The notes beneath the pieces are model-generated. The model was not told where the DNA came from and made no database searches. It saw nothing but the letters and a program-made list of their open reading frames with translations. The translations under genes and the position numbers were made by a program. Below are positions 1 to 8,790 of a DNA stretch of 58,239 nucleotides, piece after piece (position 1 is the first letter of the stretch; each line of letters starts with the position of its first letter). The DNA is taken from the NCBI GenBank assembly GCA_028716965.1, contig JAQUOV010000010.1, forward strand, positions 1 through 58,239, written 5' to 3'. Source of the stretch: Candidatus Omnitrophota bacterium. Lineage in GTDB: Bacteria; Omnitrophota; Gorgyraeia; Gygaellales; Profunditerraquicolaceae.

Positions 1-387
1 CCTCCCTATGTCTATGAAAATATGCCGTTAAAAGGTGTGTTGGATATTTTCAGCCAAAGTAATTATCATACTTATCCGGTAGTAGATAAAAACAAAAAGT
101 TAAAAGGGGTTATTACGATTGAAAGCATAAGAAAGTCATTCGCTTACAGCGAAGTAGGCAACCTTGTTATCGCGCACGACATTATGGAGGAAGCAATAAC
201 CAGGAAAATATCCCTGGATTCTTCCTTATTGGAGGCCGAAGAGGTTATTGATAAATACAATGTTGATTATCTTCCTATTGTAAACGCAGAGTCTGTCCTC
301 TTGGGGTTCATGGAAAAAGAAGCCATAGATAAGTTTGTTTCTTCCAGGTTGATTGAGGCAGAGGAAAAAGTGGCTTCAATGGGTTAA
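1..387 (+). CDS. CBS-domain protein, C-terminal part (5' end lies outside the window)
   Basis: The reading frame is open from nt 1. The translation (..YPVVDKNKKLKGVITIESIRK.. and ..DYLPIVNAESVLLGFMEKEAI..) looks like a CBS pair. Confidence 0.6.
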   Translation, partial: PPYVYENMPLKGVLDIFSQSNYHTYPVVDKNKKLKGVITIESIRKSFAYSEVGNLVIAHDIMEEAITRKISLDSSLLEAEEVIDKYNVDYLPIVNAESVLLGFMEKEAIDKFVSSRLIEAEEKVASMG

Positions 388-552
388 TCCTGAATGGATA
401 GGAATCACTCTCACAAAATTCTTGCCGGTTGTACCATCTTTATATCCGCTTTACAGTCAGCAGCTGCTTTTGTGTTGCAGAAGGTATCCTCCGTATATTT
501 ATCGTTTGCGATAATCACAATGGGCCCGGATGAAGGAGGCAGAATTTAAAAT

Positions 553-1899
553 ATGCAGAGGATCCGTTACCAGGTCGAAAAGTTCTTTAAGCTCAAGGAG
601 TTAAATACCGATCTGCGCACAGAGGTACTTGCCGGGCTTACTACTTTTATGACCATGGCTTATATCATCTTTGTCAATCCGGCGATGATTTCGCAGACGG
701 GGATTGATTTCGGCAGCGCGATGACCGCCACATGTATCTCCGCCGCCGTAGCTACGATTATGATGGGGTTGTACGTTAATTATCCGATAGCCCTTGCCGC
801 CGGGATGGGAGAGAACGCGTTCTTTACTTATACGGTATGCCTTACGATGGGTATAAGCTGGCAGGTAGCGCTGGGATGCGTCTTTATTGAAGGTATTATT
901 TTTATTATTCTGACCTTGACTAAAATCAGGCAGAAACTTATTGATATTATCCCGCCTTCCATCAGGTACGCCACTGCCTGCGGCATCGGCCTGCTTATTG
1001 CTTTTGTCGGGCTTATTGATGCCGGTTTTGTCGTGGGGCACCCGGCGACGTTAGTTACATTAGGTGATATCATCAGCCCGCCGGCAATACTGGCTATATT
1101 CGGCTTGATCATAACCGGGGTGCTCTTGGTTAAGAAAATCAGGGGGGCGATACTCTGGGGTATGTTGATTGCGGCCGTGGCCGGTATATTCATGGATGTG
1201 GTTAAGTTCCAGGGCTTGGTATCCATGCCTCCTTCCATTGCTCCCACATTTATGAAGATGGATATAAGGGGGGCGTTAAACCTGGGTTTGGTATCCATCG
1301 TTTTTATATTTTTGTTTATGGATTTATTTGATACGGTCGGCACTCTGGCGGGGGTAGGGGAGATGGGTGGGTTCATCAAGGACGGAAAACTACCGCGCGC
1401 CGGCAAAGCAATGTTGACGGATGCCGTAGGCAGCTGCGTGGGCGCAATTTGCGGCACCCCTACGGTTACCGCTTATATTGAGAGTGCTTCCGGTATTGCC
1501 AGCGGCGGCCGTTCAGGACTTGCCAGTGTGGTAACCGGAGTTGCTTTTTTGGGTGCGCTGTTTTTCTCGCCGTTAATAAAGATGATCGGAGGGGGCTACC
1601 AGGCTTCAAACGGCTTTCTTTTACATCCCATTACATCCCCGGCTTTGATTATCGTAGGCAGCATGATGCTTCATTCCGTAACCAAAATAGACTGGAAGGA
1701 CTACAGTGAATCTATCCCGGCTTTTATAGTAATCCTTATGATGCCGCTGACCTTTAGTATTGCTACAGGCATTGCCATGGGTTTTGTAAGTTACGCGGCG
1801 CTTAAATTATTAAGCGGCCGCGGCAAAGAGGTCTCCTGGCTGGTTTATCTCTTGGCTGCGCTTTTTATTTTGAGGTTTATTTATCTTAAGGCGATGTAG
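553..1899 (+). CDS. NCS2-family purine (adenine/guanine/hypoxanthine) permease, AzgA/PbuG-like
   Basis: 448 aa and polytopic. The N-terminus FKLKELNTDLRTEVLAGLTTFMTMAYIIFVNPAMISQTG is characteristic of AzgA-type NCS2 permeases. Confidence 0.85.
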   Translation: MQRIRYQVEKFFKLKELNTDLRTEVLAGLTTFMTMAYIIFVNPAMISQTGIDFGSAMTATCISAAVATIMMGLYVNYPIALAAGMGENAFFTYTVCLTMGISWQVALGCVFIEGIIFIILTLTKIRQKLIDIIPPSIRYATACGIGLLIAFVGLIDAGFVVGHPATLVTLGDIISPPAILAIFGLIITGVLLVKKIRGAILWGMLIAAVAGIFMDVVKFQGLVSMPPSIAPTFMKMDIRGALNLGLVSIVFIFLFMDLFDTVGTLAGVGEMGGFIKDGKLPRAGKAMLTDAVGSCVGAICGTPTVTAYIESASGIASGGRSGLASVVTGVAFLGALFFSPLIKMIGGGYQASNGFLLHPITSPALIIVGSMMLHSVTKIDWKDYSESIPAFIVILMMPLTFSIATGIAMGFVSYAALKLLSGRGKEVSWLVYLLAALFILRFIYLKAM

Positions 1900-1965
1900 G
1901 GGGAATAATTGTTACGCAGTCCATTGTTGCAATAAAATTATCAAAAGCGCCTCGGTTTTTTAAAT

Positions 1966-3297
1966 ATGATGCAAACGGATTCAGGATCGGATATGTTAGG
2001 CAAAGCCTATAAATTATTTTGTTTACTTGTTTTAGGGGTGTTTGTGTTCCATGCGCCAGCCTCGGCGGAAGAATTCGGAAGAGTTGCAATCGGGAATTGG
2101 GGGTTTAAAGCCGGCGTGAATGAGCGTTTCCGCTATGAATACAAGCATAATTTTGATTTTAGCAAGAGCTCTAAGGATAGCGGGAGCTTATTCTTTAACC
2201 GTTTTATAGTTAACGCCAAGGCAACTTTAGGTGATAATCAGGGTAAGGATAAAATAGTCATATTTCTTGAAGGGCTTGATGCGCAGGTGGGGGGATACCA
2301 GCTTAAACCGGCGAAAAACCAGAAGGATGGTTTTGATTTACATCAAGCCTATGTAGATTTTTGTAATATACTGGATTCTGTTTTTGATTTAAAAATAGGC
2401 AGGCAGGAGCTTAAATATGGGGCCGGGCGGTTAATTGCCGCGCCGACCTGGTCTAACAGGATCCGCTCTTTTGATGCGGTTGTATTGCGTTATCGTCCGT
2501 CAGAGCTGTATGTCGACCTTTTCTTTGGCGCTGATGTTAAATACGACGATGATAATTTTAATTACATTCAGCATAAAGAGAAAATAATGGGAATATACGG
2601 CGGGTACCAGGCAAATAAAAATGTACCCAAGATTGAGTTTTATTTCTTGCCCCAACGCATAAAAAATGCAACGGTGAAGTCAACCCGCTATACGGCAGGA
2701 GCCAGGTTGCAGGGTGAGGTCCCCGGTAAAATATTGTATGACATTGAGTTGCCTTATCAGTTTGGCAAGATAAACCATAAGTCAATAAAGGCCTATGCGT
2801 TTCATGCCGGCTTATCGCATGTTTTCCGGGATATGCTTTGGGAGCCAAAGATGGTATTTGAATATAACCAGGCCTCCGGAGATAAAGATCCAAATGATGG
2901 TGTCAATAACACCTTCCTGCCTCTTTACCAGACTACCCATGACCCTTATGGCTTAATGGATTTCTTCCGTTGGGAAAATATGCGCGAGATTTCCCTGAAT
3001 GTTAATTTATGCGTTACTAATAAACTAAAGCTGACTCCCCAGGTGAATTTCTTCTGGTTAATGAGCACCAATGATTCCTGGTATGATTCTACCGGCGCGG
3101 TTCTGCGTACCGATAGCAGCGGCCTAAGGAGTCATTATGCCGGCCAGGAAGTTTCTTTGCGCGCCAGTTATGAGGTTAATAAGAATATAAAGCTGGAATC
3201 TGGCTACGCCCATTTCTTTACCGGAGGGTATGTGAAAGATAGCGGAGCTAATGACGACGCGGACTGGTTGTACGCGCAGCTGGCATTCAAATATTAA
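1966..3297 (+). CDS. Alginate-export-family outer-membrane beta-barrel porin
   Basis: Signal peptide (..VFVFHAPASA). The motif DLHQAYVDF..LKIGRQELKYGAGRLIAAPTWSNRIRSFDAV is typical of Alginate_exp porins. C-terminal aromatic end ..QLAFKY. The true start may be the internal Met near 1993. Confidence 0.7.
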   Translation: MMQTDSGSDMLGKAYKLFCLLVLGVFVFHAPASAEEFGRVAIGNWGFKAGVNERFRYEYKHNFDFSKSSKDSGSLFFNRFIVNAKATLGDNQGKDKIVIFLEGLDAQVGGYQLKPAKNQKDGFDLHQAYVDFCNILDSVFDLKIGRQELKYGAGRLIAAPTWSNRIRSFDAVVLRYRPSELYVDLFFGADVKYDDDNFNYIQHKEKIMGIYGGYQANKNVPKIEFYFLPQRIKNATVKSTRYTAGARLQGEVPGKILYDIELPYQFGKINHKSIKAYAFHAGLSHVFRDMLWEPKMVFEYNQASGDKDPNDGVNNTFLPLYQTTHDPYGLMDFFRWENMREISLNVNLCVTNKLKLTPQVNFFWLMSTNDSWYDSTGAVLRTDSSGLRSHYAGQEVSLRASYEVNKNIKLESGYAHFFTGGYVKDSGANDDADWLYAQLAFKY

Positions 3298-3320
3298 GCT
3301 TGATTTTTTTTATTTTTCCG

Positions 3321-3338
3321 CTACTATTATAATAGTAG
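3321..3338. promoter_or_regulatory. Perfect 18-nt palindrome CTACTATTATAATAGTAG (TATAAT at its centre) upstream of the XRE regulator gene; candidate auto-operator/-10
   Basis: Read directly from the sequence, 26 nt upstream of the ATG at 3364. Confidence 0.4.
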
Positions 3339-3363
3339 TATGATAATATAACTATTTAAATAT

Positions 3364-3579
3364 ATGACAAAATCCGGGATAGGGACAACAATATCTGATA
3401 AGGTCAGGGGCTTAAGAATAAAGAGGGGGATCTCCCAGGACCGGCTCTCCAAGCTTACGGACTTGTCATTAAACACCATAGTAAAGATTGAAGCGGGAAA
3501 AAATAGGAATCCTACTATAATGACTTTATCTAAAATCGCGAAATTATTCAATGTGCGGGTTGATGATTTAATCGGGTAA
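3364..3579 (+). CDS. XRE (Cro/C1) family helix-turn-helix transcriptional regulator
   Basis: 71 aa. LRIKRGISQDRLSKLTDLSLNTIVKIEAGKNRNPTIMTLSKIAKLFNV is a classic HTH_3 pattern. Confidence 0.85.
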   Translation: MTKSGIGTTISDKVRGLRIKRGISQDRLSKLTDLSLNTIVKIEAGKNRNPTIMTLSKIAKLFNVRVDDLIG

Positions 3580-3585
3580 CCAATT

Positions 3586-4863
3586 ATGGCCGGGTATTTT
3601 AGGGTTAATTTAATAATTATAATATTTTTCTTTTGTTTGCTCAGCGCCTCAAAGGCGGAAGAGGTGCTTACCTGGCAGGACTGTATTAAGGAAGCGGCGA
3701 AGAACCATCCGGATTTAATTGCCGCAGGGGAAGAAATAAAGCAATCCGAAGCCAGCAAACAGGTAACCGCAAGCACGCTTTTCCCGCAGGTAGATGCTAA
3801 CGTGAATGCCTCAACCGCAAAGACAGAGAGCAACCCAGGCAAAAGCTCAACCGGGGACACGTATAACTATGGGGTCAGCGCAACACAATTATTTTTTGAC
3901 GGTGCTAAGACAATTAACGATGTAAAAAGCGCCTCCGAAGATATAAAGGCCGCGAAACAGAATTTCAGGTATACATCAGCTACGGTAAGGTTCAGGCTGC
4001 GCAAGGCCTTTATTGATTTATTAAAGGTCCAGGAGATGCTCCGTATTACCCATGAGATTTATGATATCAGGAGGGACAACCTGGAGCTGATTACCTTGCG
4101 TTATGAATCAGGCTTAGAGCATAAAGGCGCGTTAATGACTTCGGAAGCGGATTTAGCCGCGGCGATTTACGATATTTCCCAGGCCGAAAGGGATGTTGAG
4201 GTCTCCCAGAGATCGCTGGTAAAAGAAATGGGCAGGAGCAAGCTGACGCAGATAACGGTCAAAGGTGATTTTGATATAAGCGATCCGGCGGGGATCAAAC
4301 CGGATTTTGAGGCAATAGCCAAGGATAACCCCTCGGTTCGGCAGATTATAGCCCAGAAGAATGCGGCAGACTTCAGCTTGAAATCTGCTTACGCTAACTT
4401 TTCCCCGTCTCTTTCCGGCTCAGCCGGCGCGAATAAAAACGGCTCACATTGGACCCCGCGGGGCAACCAGTGGAACCTGGGGCTTGTCTTATCCATGCCG
4501 ATATTTGAAGGAGGCTCCAGGTTTGCGCAAGTTTCTCAGGCAAAAGCCTTGTTAAAACAGCTTGAAGAAAATGAAAGGAGCGCCAGAGACTCCGCCATCC
4601 TGGCTTTGGAGGAAACCTGGGCGGTCCTGCAGGATACGATAGAGAATGCTGTAGTGCAGGATAAATCGCTTAAAGCAACCGAGGAGCGTTCCAGGATAGC
4701 CCAGGCACAGTATTCAACCGGGTTTATTACTTTTGATAACTGGATAATTATTGAGAATAATCTGGTAAGCGCCAAAAAGGAGCTATTGAATGCCCAGGCA
4801 GATAAATTATACGCCGAGGCAAGCTGGATCCAGGCGAAAGGAGAGACTTTGGAATATGAATAA
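3586..4863 (+). CDS. tolC: TolC-family outer-membrane efflux protein
   Basis: 425 aa with a signal peptide and two OEP-type repeats (..LTWQDCIKEAAKNHPDLIAAGEEIKQSEA.., ..AQAQYSTGFITFDNWIIIENNLVSAKKELLNAQ..). It is first in an operon with the MacA/MacB homologues. Confidence 0.85.
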   Translation: MAGYFRVNLIIIIFFFCLLSASKAEEVLTWQDCIKEAAKNHPDLIAAGEEIKQSEASKQVTASTLFPQVDANVNASTAKTESNPGKSSTGDTYNYGVSATQLFFDGAKTINDVKSASEDIKAAKQNFRYTSATVRFRLRKAFIDLLKVQEMLRITHEIYDIRRDNLELITLRYESGLEHKGALMTSEADLAAAIYDISQAERDVEVSQRSLVKEMGRSKLTQITVKGDFDISDPAGIKPDFEAIAKDNPSVRQIIAQKNAADFSLKSAYANFSPSLSGSAGANKNGSHWTPRGNQWNLGLVLSMPIFEGGSRFAQVSQAKALLKQLEENERSARDSAILALEETWAVLQDTIENAVVQDKSLKATEERSRIAQAQYSTGFITFDNWIIIENNLVSAKKELLNAQADKLYAEASWIQAKGETLEYE

Positions 4864-5827
4864 AAAGACCAAGTTTTATTTTATTGTGCCCCTATTTTTG
4901 ATAATTGCGGCCTTTCTGGTTATAAAGATCTGGCCGAAAGCCGATTCCGGAGAAGTCTCGGTAGGATTAAGCCCTGCCGTCGGTTCTATCCAGACAATCA
5001 TCTCAACAACCGGCACAATCCTTCCTAAGAACCGGCTTGAGATAAAGCCGCCGGTTAGTGGTCGCGTGGAGAGTGTTTTGGTTAAAGAGGGTGAGAATGT
5101 AAAAATCGGGCAGACCTTGGCCTGGATGAGCTCAACCGAAAGAGCCGCCCTTCTGGATGCTGCTCAGGGGCAGGGGCCGGAAAAATTAAAATACTGGCAG
5201 GAGGCCTATAAACCGATTGCTTTATTGGCCCCGATTGATGGCGAGGTAATTGTCGCCACTACCCAGCCGGGGCAGACTGTTACAACAAGTGACGCAATTA
5301 TCGTCTTGTCGGATCAGCTTATCTTCCGGGCCCAGGTAGATGAGACGGATATAGGAAAGATAAGCCTTAATCAGAAAGCGATAGTCAGCCTTGATGCCTA
5401 TCCGGATACCAAAATAGAGGCTACCGTAGAACATATATATTATGAATCCGAGACAGTCAATAATGTTACTATATATAAAGTGGACCTTATCCCGCAGAAT
5501 ACGCTTGATATTTTCCGTTCAGGCATGAATGTGACGATAGACTTTATAGAGCATAGCAGGGATAATGCCCTCCTTATTCCCCTTGAGGCTCTGCACAAGG
5601 AAGGCCAGGGGAGTTTTGTGTTAGTCCAGAGAACTCCGGGCCAGGAGGAGGTTAAGCAGGAGGTAACGGTGGGCATTGCCGACGACAAGAATGTGGAGAT
5701 ACTCTCCGGCATAACCATAAACGACAAGGTGGTAGTAAAAGAAAAGAAATATGTTTTGCCAAAGAGCAGTACAGGAGTTAATCCCTTTATGCCTTCGCGC
5801 AGGAAGAAAGAAACAAAAAGCCAATAA
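4856..5827 (+). CDS. macA: HlyD/MacA-type periplasmic adaptor (membrane-fusion protein)
   Basis: The ORF-track start at 4790 overlaps the tolC end. The in-frame ATG at 4856 gives MNKKTKFYFIVPLFLII (TM anchor). Lipoyl/barrel-sandwich motifs are present (PPVSGRVESVLVKEGENVKIGQTLAWM, APIDGEVI). Confidence 0.8.
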   Translation: MNKKTKFYFIVPLFLIIAAFLVIKIWPKADSGEVSVGLSPAVGSIQTIISTTGTILPKNRLEIKPPVSGRVESVLVKEGENVKIGQTLAWMSSTERAALLDAAQGQGPEKLKYWQEAYKPIALLAPIDGEVIVATTQPGQTVTTSDAIIVLSDQLIFRAQVDETDIGKISLNQKAIVSLDAYPDTKIEATVEHIYYESETVNNVTIYKVDLIPQNTLDIFRSGMNVTIDFIEHSRDNALLIPLEALHKEGQGSFVLVQRTPGQEEVKQEVTVGIADDKNVEILSGITINDKVVVKEKKYVLPKSSTGVNPFMPSRRKKETKSQ

Positions 5828-5830
5828 CAT

Positions 5831-7801
5831 ATGATAGAACTAAGGGGCGTCAGTAAAACCTATCTCATGGGCAAAGTGGAGGTTAAGGCCCTTTGTGATG
5901 TTTCGTTAAAGATATCCTCCGGAGAGTTTGTTGCTATTATGGGTGCTTCCGGTTCGGGAAAATCCACCCTGATGCATATTTTGGGGCTATTGGATAGGCC
6001 GGATTCAGGCGCTTATTATCTTGGCAATAAGGAGATAAGCAAGCTTACCGACGAGAGATTGGCTGCATTAAGGAACAGGACCGTAGGCTTTGTCTTTCAG
6101 CAATTCCATCTTTTGCCCAGGATGACCGCTTTAGAGAACGCGGAGCTGCCTTTGATTTATGCCGGCAAGAGGCATTTAAAGGAAAAGGCAAGGCAGGAGA
6201 TTGAAAAGGTGGGGTTAAAAGAGCGTATGCTGCACCGTCCGAACGAGATGTCCGGCGGGCAGCAGCAAAGGGTAGCCATAGCCAGGGCGTTAGTCAATGA
6301 CCCGGTTGTGATATTTGCGGATGAGCCTACCGGGAACCTGGATACCAAGAGTAAAGAAGAGATAATCCTGATCCTGAAGAAGCTCAACCAGGAAGGCAAA
6401 ACTGTCGTCATTGTTACTCATGAACAGGAGGTTGCCGTTCACGCGCGCAGGATAATTCATATGCGCGATGGCCGGATTATCTCGGATGAATATTCCCAGA
6501 AGGCCAAGGAAAATCCGGAGGCATCTGCTCTAAGCAAGAATTTTACCGAATCCGTCTTATCGCAGCCGCACAAGCTTTCCGGGGAGACGAAATTCCTGGA
6601 TTATCTGCGCCAGGCCGGTTTTGCCATGCTTTCGCATAAGATGCGTTCATTCCTGTCGATTTTAGGTATTTTAATCGGAGTAGCGGCAGTTATCGCTATG
6701 TTAGCTTTGGGCCAGGGCGCAAAAGAATCTATAGAAAAGCAGCTTGCTTCTTTGGGTTCCAATCTGCTTATGATAAGACCGGGTTCGGAACGGTCTCATG
6801 GCGTCGCTTTAGAAGCAGGCACAGTTACTCGTTTTACATTTCAAGATGTAGAGGCATTCGCTAAACTTAGTGATTTTGTAGCAAGAGTTTGTCCTTCGGT
6901 AACCGGCCGCGGCCAGCTTGTTTACGCTAATAAGAATTGGAACACTCAGGTGGAAGGAACAAGCGCGGATTATGCGCCAATGCGCGCGGCTGTCCCTGCT
7001 ATCGGAAGGTTCTTTACCGCGCAAGAGGTCAGGATGAGAGATAAAGTTGTAGTCCTGGGTATGACCGTGGTTAAAGAATTATTCGGCGATTCCAACCCTG
7101 TGGGGCAGAATATAAAGATCAACCTTCTCAATTTTAAAGTAATCGGGATACTCCCTGAAAAAGGAGGCAGTTCCTGGCATGACCAGGATGATACGGCGGT
7201 CATCCCCATTACTACCGCTATGTATAGGGTTTTCGGGAAGCAATATATTGATAGTATTTCTGTGGAGGTCAACAGCCCGGAGCTGTTAGATGCAGCGCAG
7301 GAAGAGATATCCAGGACTATTATTAAACAGCACCGTCTAAATAAAGATAATGAAGATTCTTTCCAAATCCGCAATATGGCCGATATTAAGAATACCCTGG
7401 AAGCTACTACTAAAACCATGTCCGTGTTATTAGGCTCGATCGCTGCGATATCGCTTTTAGTCGGAGGCATAGGCATTATGAATATTATGCTTGTTTCGGT
7501 TACCGAACGGACGCGTGAGATCGGACTGCGCAAGGCGATCGGCGCAACCAATAAAGATATTATGGTGCAGTTTCTTATTGAAGCGATATTAATGTCGTTT
7601 ATCGGCGGGTTGTCCGGAGTTTCCCTGGGGTGGGGCATAGCCACTTTGATAAATATTATCGCAGGCTGGACTGTAAAGGTCTCTTTGGCTTCCGTGGTGC
7701 TTGCCACTACTTTTTCACTGGCTGTGGGAGTAGTATTCGGGCTTTGGCCTGCCAGGAAAGCTTCCCAGCTTGACCCGATCGAGGCGTTAAGGTATGAGTA
7801 A
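5831..7801 (+). CDS. macB: MacB-type ABC transporter (N-terminal ATPase fused to FtsX-like permease)
   Basis: Walker A GASGSGKST, signature LSGGQQQRVAIARAL, Walker B VIFADEPTGNLD. These are followed by a TM helix, a large periplasmic domain and 3 TM segments (FtsX). Confidence 0.9.
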   Translation: MIELRGVSKTYLMGKVEVKALCDVSLKISSGEFVAIMGASGSGKSTLMHILGLLDRPDSGAYYLGNKEISKLTDERLAALRNRTVGFVFQQFHLLPRMTALENAELPLIYAGKRHLKEKARQEIEKVGLKERMLHRPNEMSGGQQQRVAIARALVNDPVVIFADEPTGNLDTKSKEEIILILKKLNQEGKTVVIVTHEQEVAVHARRIIHMRDGRIISDEYSQKAKENPEASALSKNFTESVLSQPHKLSGETKFLDYLRQAGFAMLSHKMRSFLSILGILIGVAAVIAMLALGQGAKESIEKQLASLGSNLLMIRPGSERSHGVALEAGTVTRFTFQDVEAFAKLSDFVARVCPSVTGRGQLVYANKNWNTQVEGTSADYAPMRAAVPAIGRFFTAQEVRMRDKVVVLGMTVVKELFGDSNPVGQNIKINLLNFKVIGILPEKGGSSWHDQDDTAVIPITTAMYRVFGKQYIDSISVEVNSPELLDAAQEEISRTIIKQHRLNKDNEDSFQIRNMADIKNTLEATTKTMSVLLGSIAAISLLVGGIGIMNIMLVSVTERTREIGLRKAIGATNKDIMVQFLIEAILMSFIGGLSGVSLGWGIATLINIIAGWTVKVSLASVVLATTFSLAVGVVFGLWPARKASQLDPIEALRYE

Positions 7802-7915
7802 ATCTTATATTTGAGATTAAACGCAGTAGTTTAAAAAGCTTGTGATGAATAGGCAGTTATGGTATGGTAGATAACAGATTAAATCTTCCGTTGCTAAAAT
7901 ATATCGTGAAATCAG

Positions 7916-8548
7916 ATGAATATATTCGTAGGTAATTTATCCTTTTCTGCCAAAGAAGAGGATGTCTATAAGGTTTTCTCCGGATTTGGCGCGGTTGCTA
8001 ATGTGGCAATCGTGATGGAAAAGAAAGGCAGGAAATCCCGGGGATTTGGGTTTGTTGAGATGCCGGATGAGCAGGAGGCTTTATCCGCGATTTCCGCTTT
8101 GCAGGGCAAGGAAATACTGGGCAGGCCGGTTAATGTAATGGTTTCCTTGCCCAAGAAGCCAAGGGGCGAGCGTATTGATAAGATAGAAAAGGACCAGCCG
8201 CAGGCTAAGGTTGATATCCGGCAAGGGAATTTCTTAAAGAGGACCGGAAGGTACAAGCAGGGCAGGCGTTCAATCAATTATCTTAAAAAGCGTGTAGCTG
8301 TGGGAATTACCGCTCCTGTCCACGAGCGTAAATATAAAGCTAACCCTATGCGTTGGCGTAAGAAACCGCGATGGGCCGTTTCTTCCCGTAAACCTCAAGG
8401 AGGACTTAAACCTTGGGAGAAAACCGAAAGCGGCCAATCAAAGCCGGGGGAGAAAGTTGAAAGTGGCGCTAAACATTGGCGTAAAGGCAGTAATACTTTG
8501 CGGCAGGGTCATCCAAGAATAAAAAGTTTAGCCAGGCATAAGAAATGA
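7916..8548 (+). CDS. RRM-type RNA-binding protein with a long basic C-terminal tail
   Basis: RNP2 IFVGNL and RNP1 RGFGFVEM motifs lie in the first ~80 aa. The remaining ~130 aa are Arg/Lys-rich and low complexity. Confidence 0.8.
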   Translation: MNIFVGNLSFSAKEEDVYKVFSGFGAVANVAIVMEKKGRKSRGFGFVEMPDEQEALSAISALQGKEILGRPVNVMVSLPKKPRGERIDKIEKDQPQAKVDIRQGNFLKRTGRYKQGRRSINYLKKRVAVGITAPVHERKYKANPMRWRKKPRWAVSSRKPQGGLKPWEKTESGQSKPGEKVESGAKHWRKGSNTLRQGHPRIKSLARHKK

Positions 8549-8790
8549 AATTAAAGCTTAATCTTTTTCCCGCGGTTGCGGATATGGAAGAGAAGATATC
8601 CGGGGTCATTCAAAAAGCGGTAGCTGGCCGCGCCAGTATAGTTGAGATTGCTTATGGGACAGGTGCGGATAGCGTGAAAAAACGCATCCTTAATTTTCTT
8701 AACAAGAAAGAAATCCGCCGGCTTTATTCAAGATTAGAAAAAACCGATAAAGGCTGGGGAAGGGTTTATCTGCATTTTAGGTGGAAATAG
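8545..8790 (+). CDS. Small Smr-like domain protein (degenerate motifs)
   Basis: 81 aa. The pattern ..ASIVEIAYGTGADSVKKRILNFL..GWGRVYLHF resembles an Smr fold, but it lacks the canonical DLHG/HGKG residues. There is an ATGA overlap with the upstream RRM gene. Confidence 0.4.
   Translation: MKLKLNLFPAVADMEEKISGVIQKAVAGRASIVEIAYGTGADSVKKRILNFLNKKEIRRLYSRLEKTDKGWGRVYLHFRWK

Noticed and set aside
388-552. Possible purine riboswitch upstream of the purine permease
   Set aside because: I looked for the conserved purine-aptamer cores (UAUAAU...GGAUAUGG...GUUUCUACC...CCGACUAUG) and found none. Only a small hairpin (CTGC..GCAG) is present.
601-1457. Antisense ORFs 601-1041 and 828-1457 inside the purine permease gene
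   Set aside because: They are shadow frames of a strongly supported + strand gene, and no domains are recognisable. The same reasoning applies to other long antisense ORFs: 3327-3860, 6970-7707, 12861-13505, 40138-40560, 45670-46224, 47189-47644, 47948-48610, 48932-49453, 52808-53224 and 53315-53749.
4790-4855. N-terminal extensions proposed by the ORF track (also 11481-11516, 14710-14757, 23874-23921, 25929-25964, 30210-30308, 39935-40189, 46371-46568, 53782-53838 and 55477-55494)
   Set aside because: Each extension overlaps the preceding gene, a tRNA or a regulatory element, and encodes basic or low-complexity sequence. An in-frame downstream ATG gives the family-typical N-terminus, in several cases preceded by an RBS.
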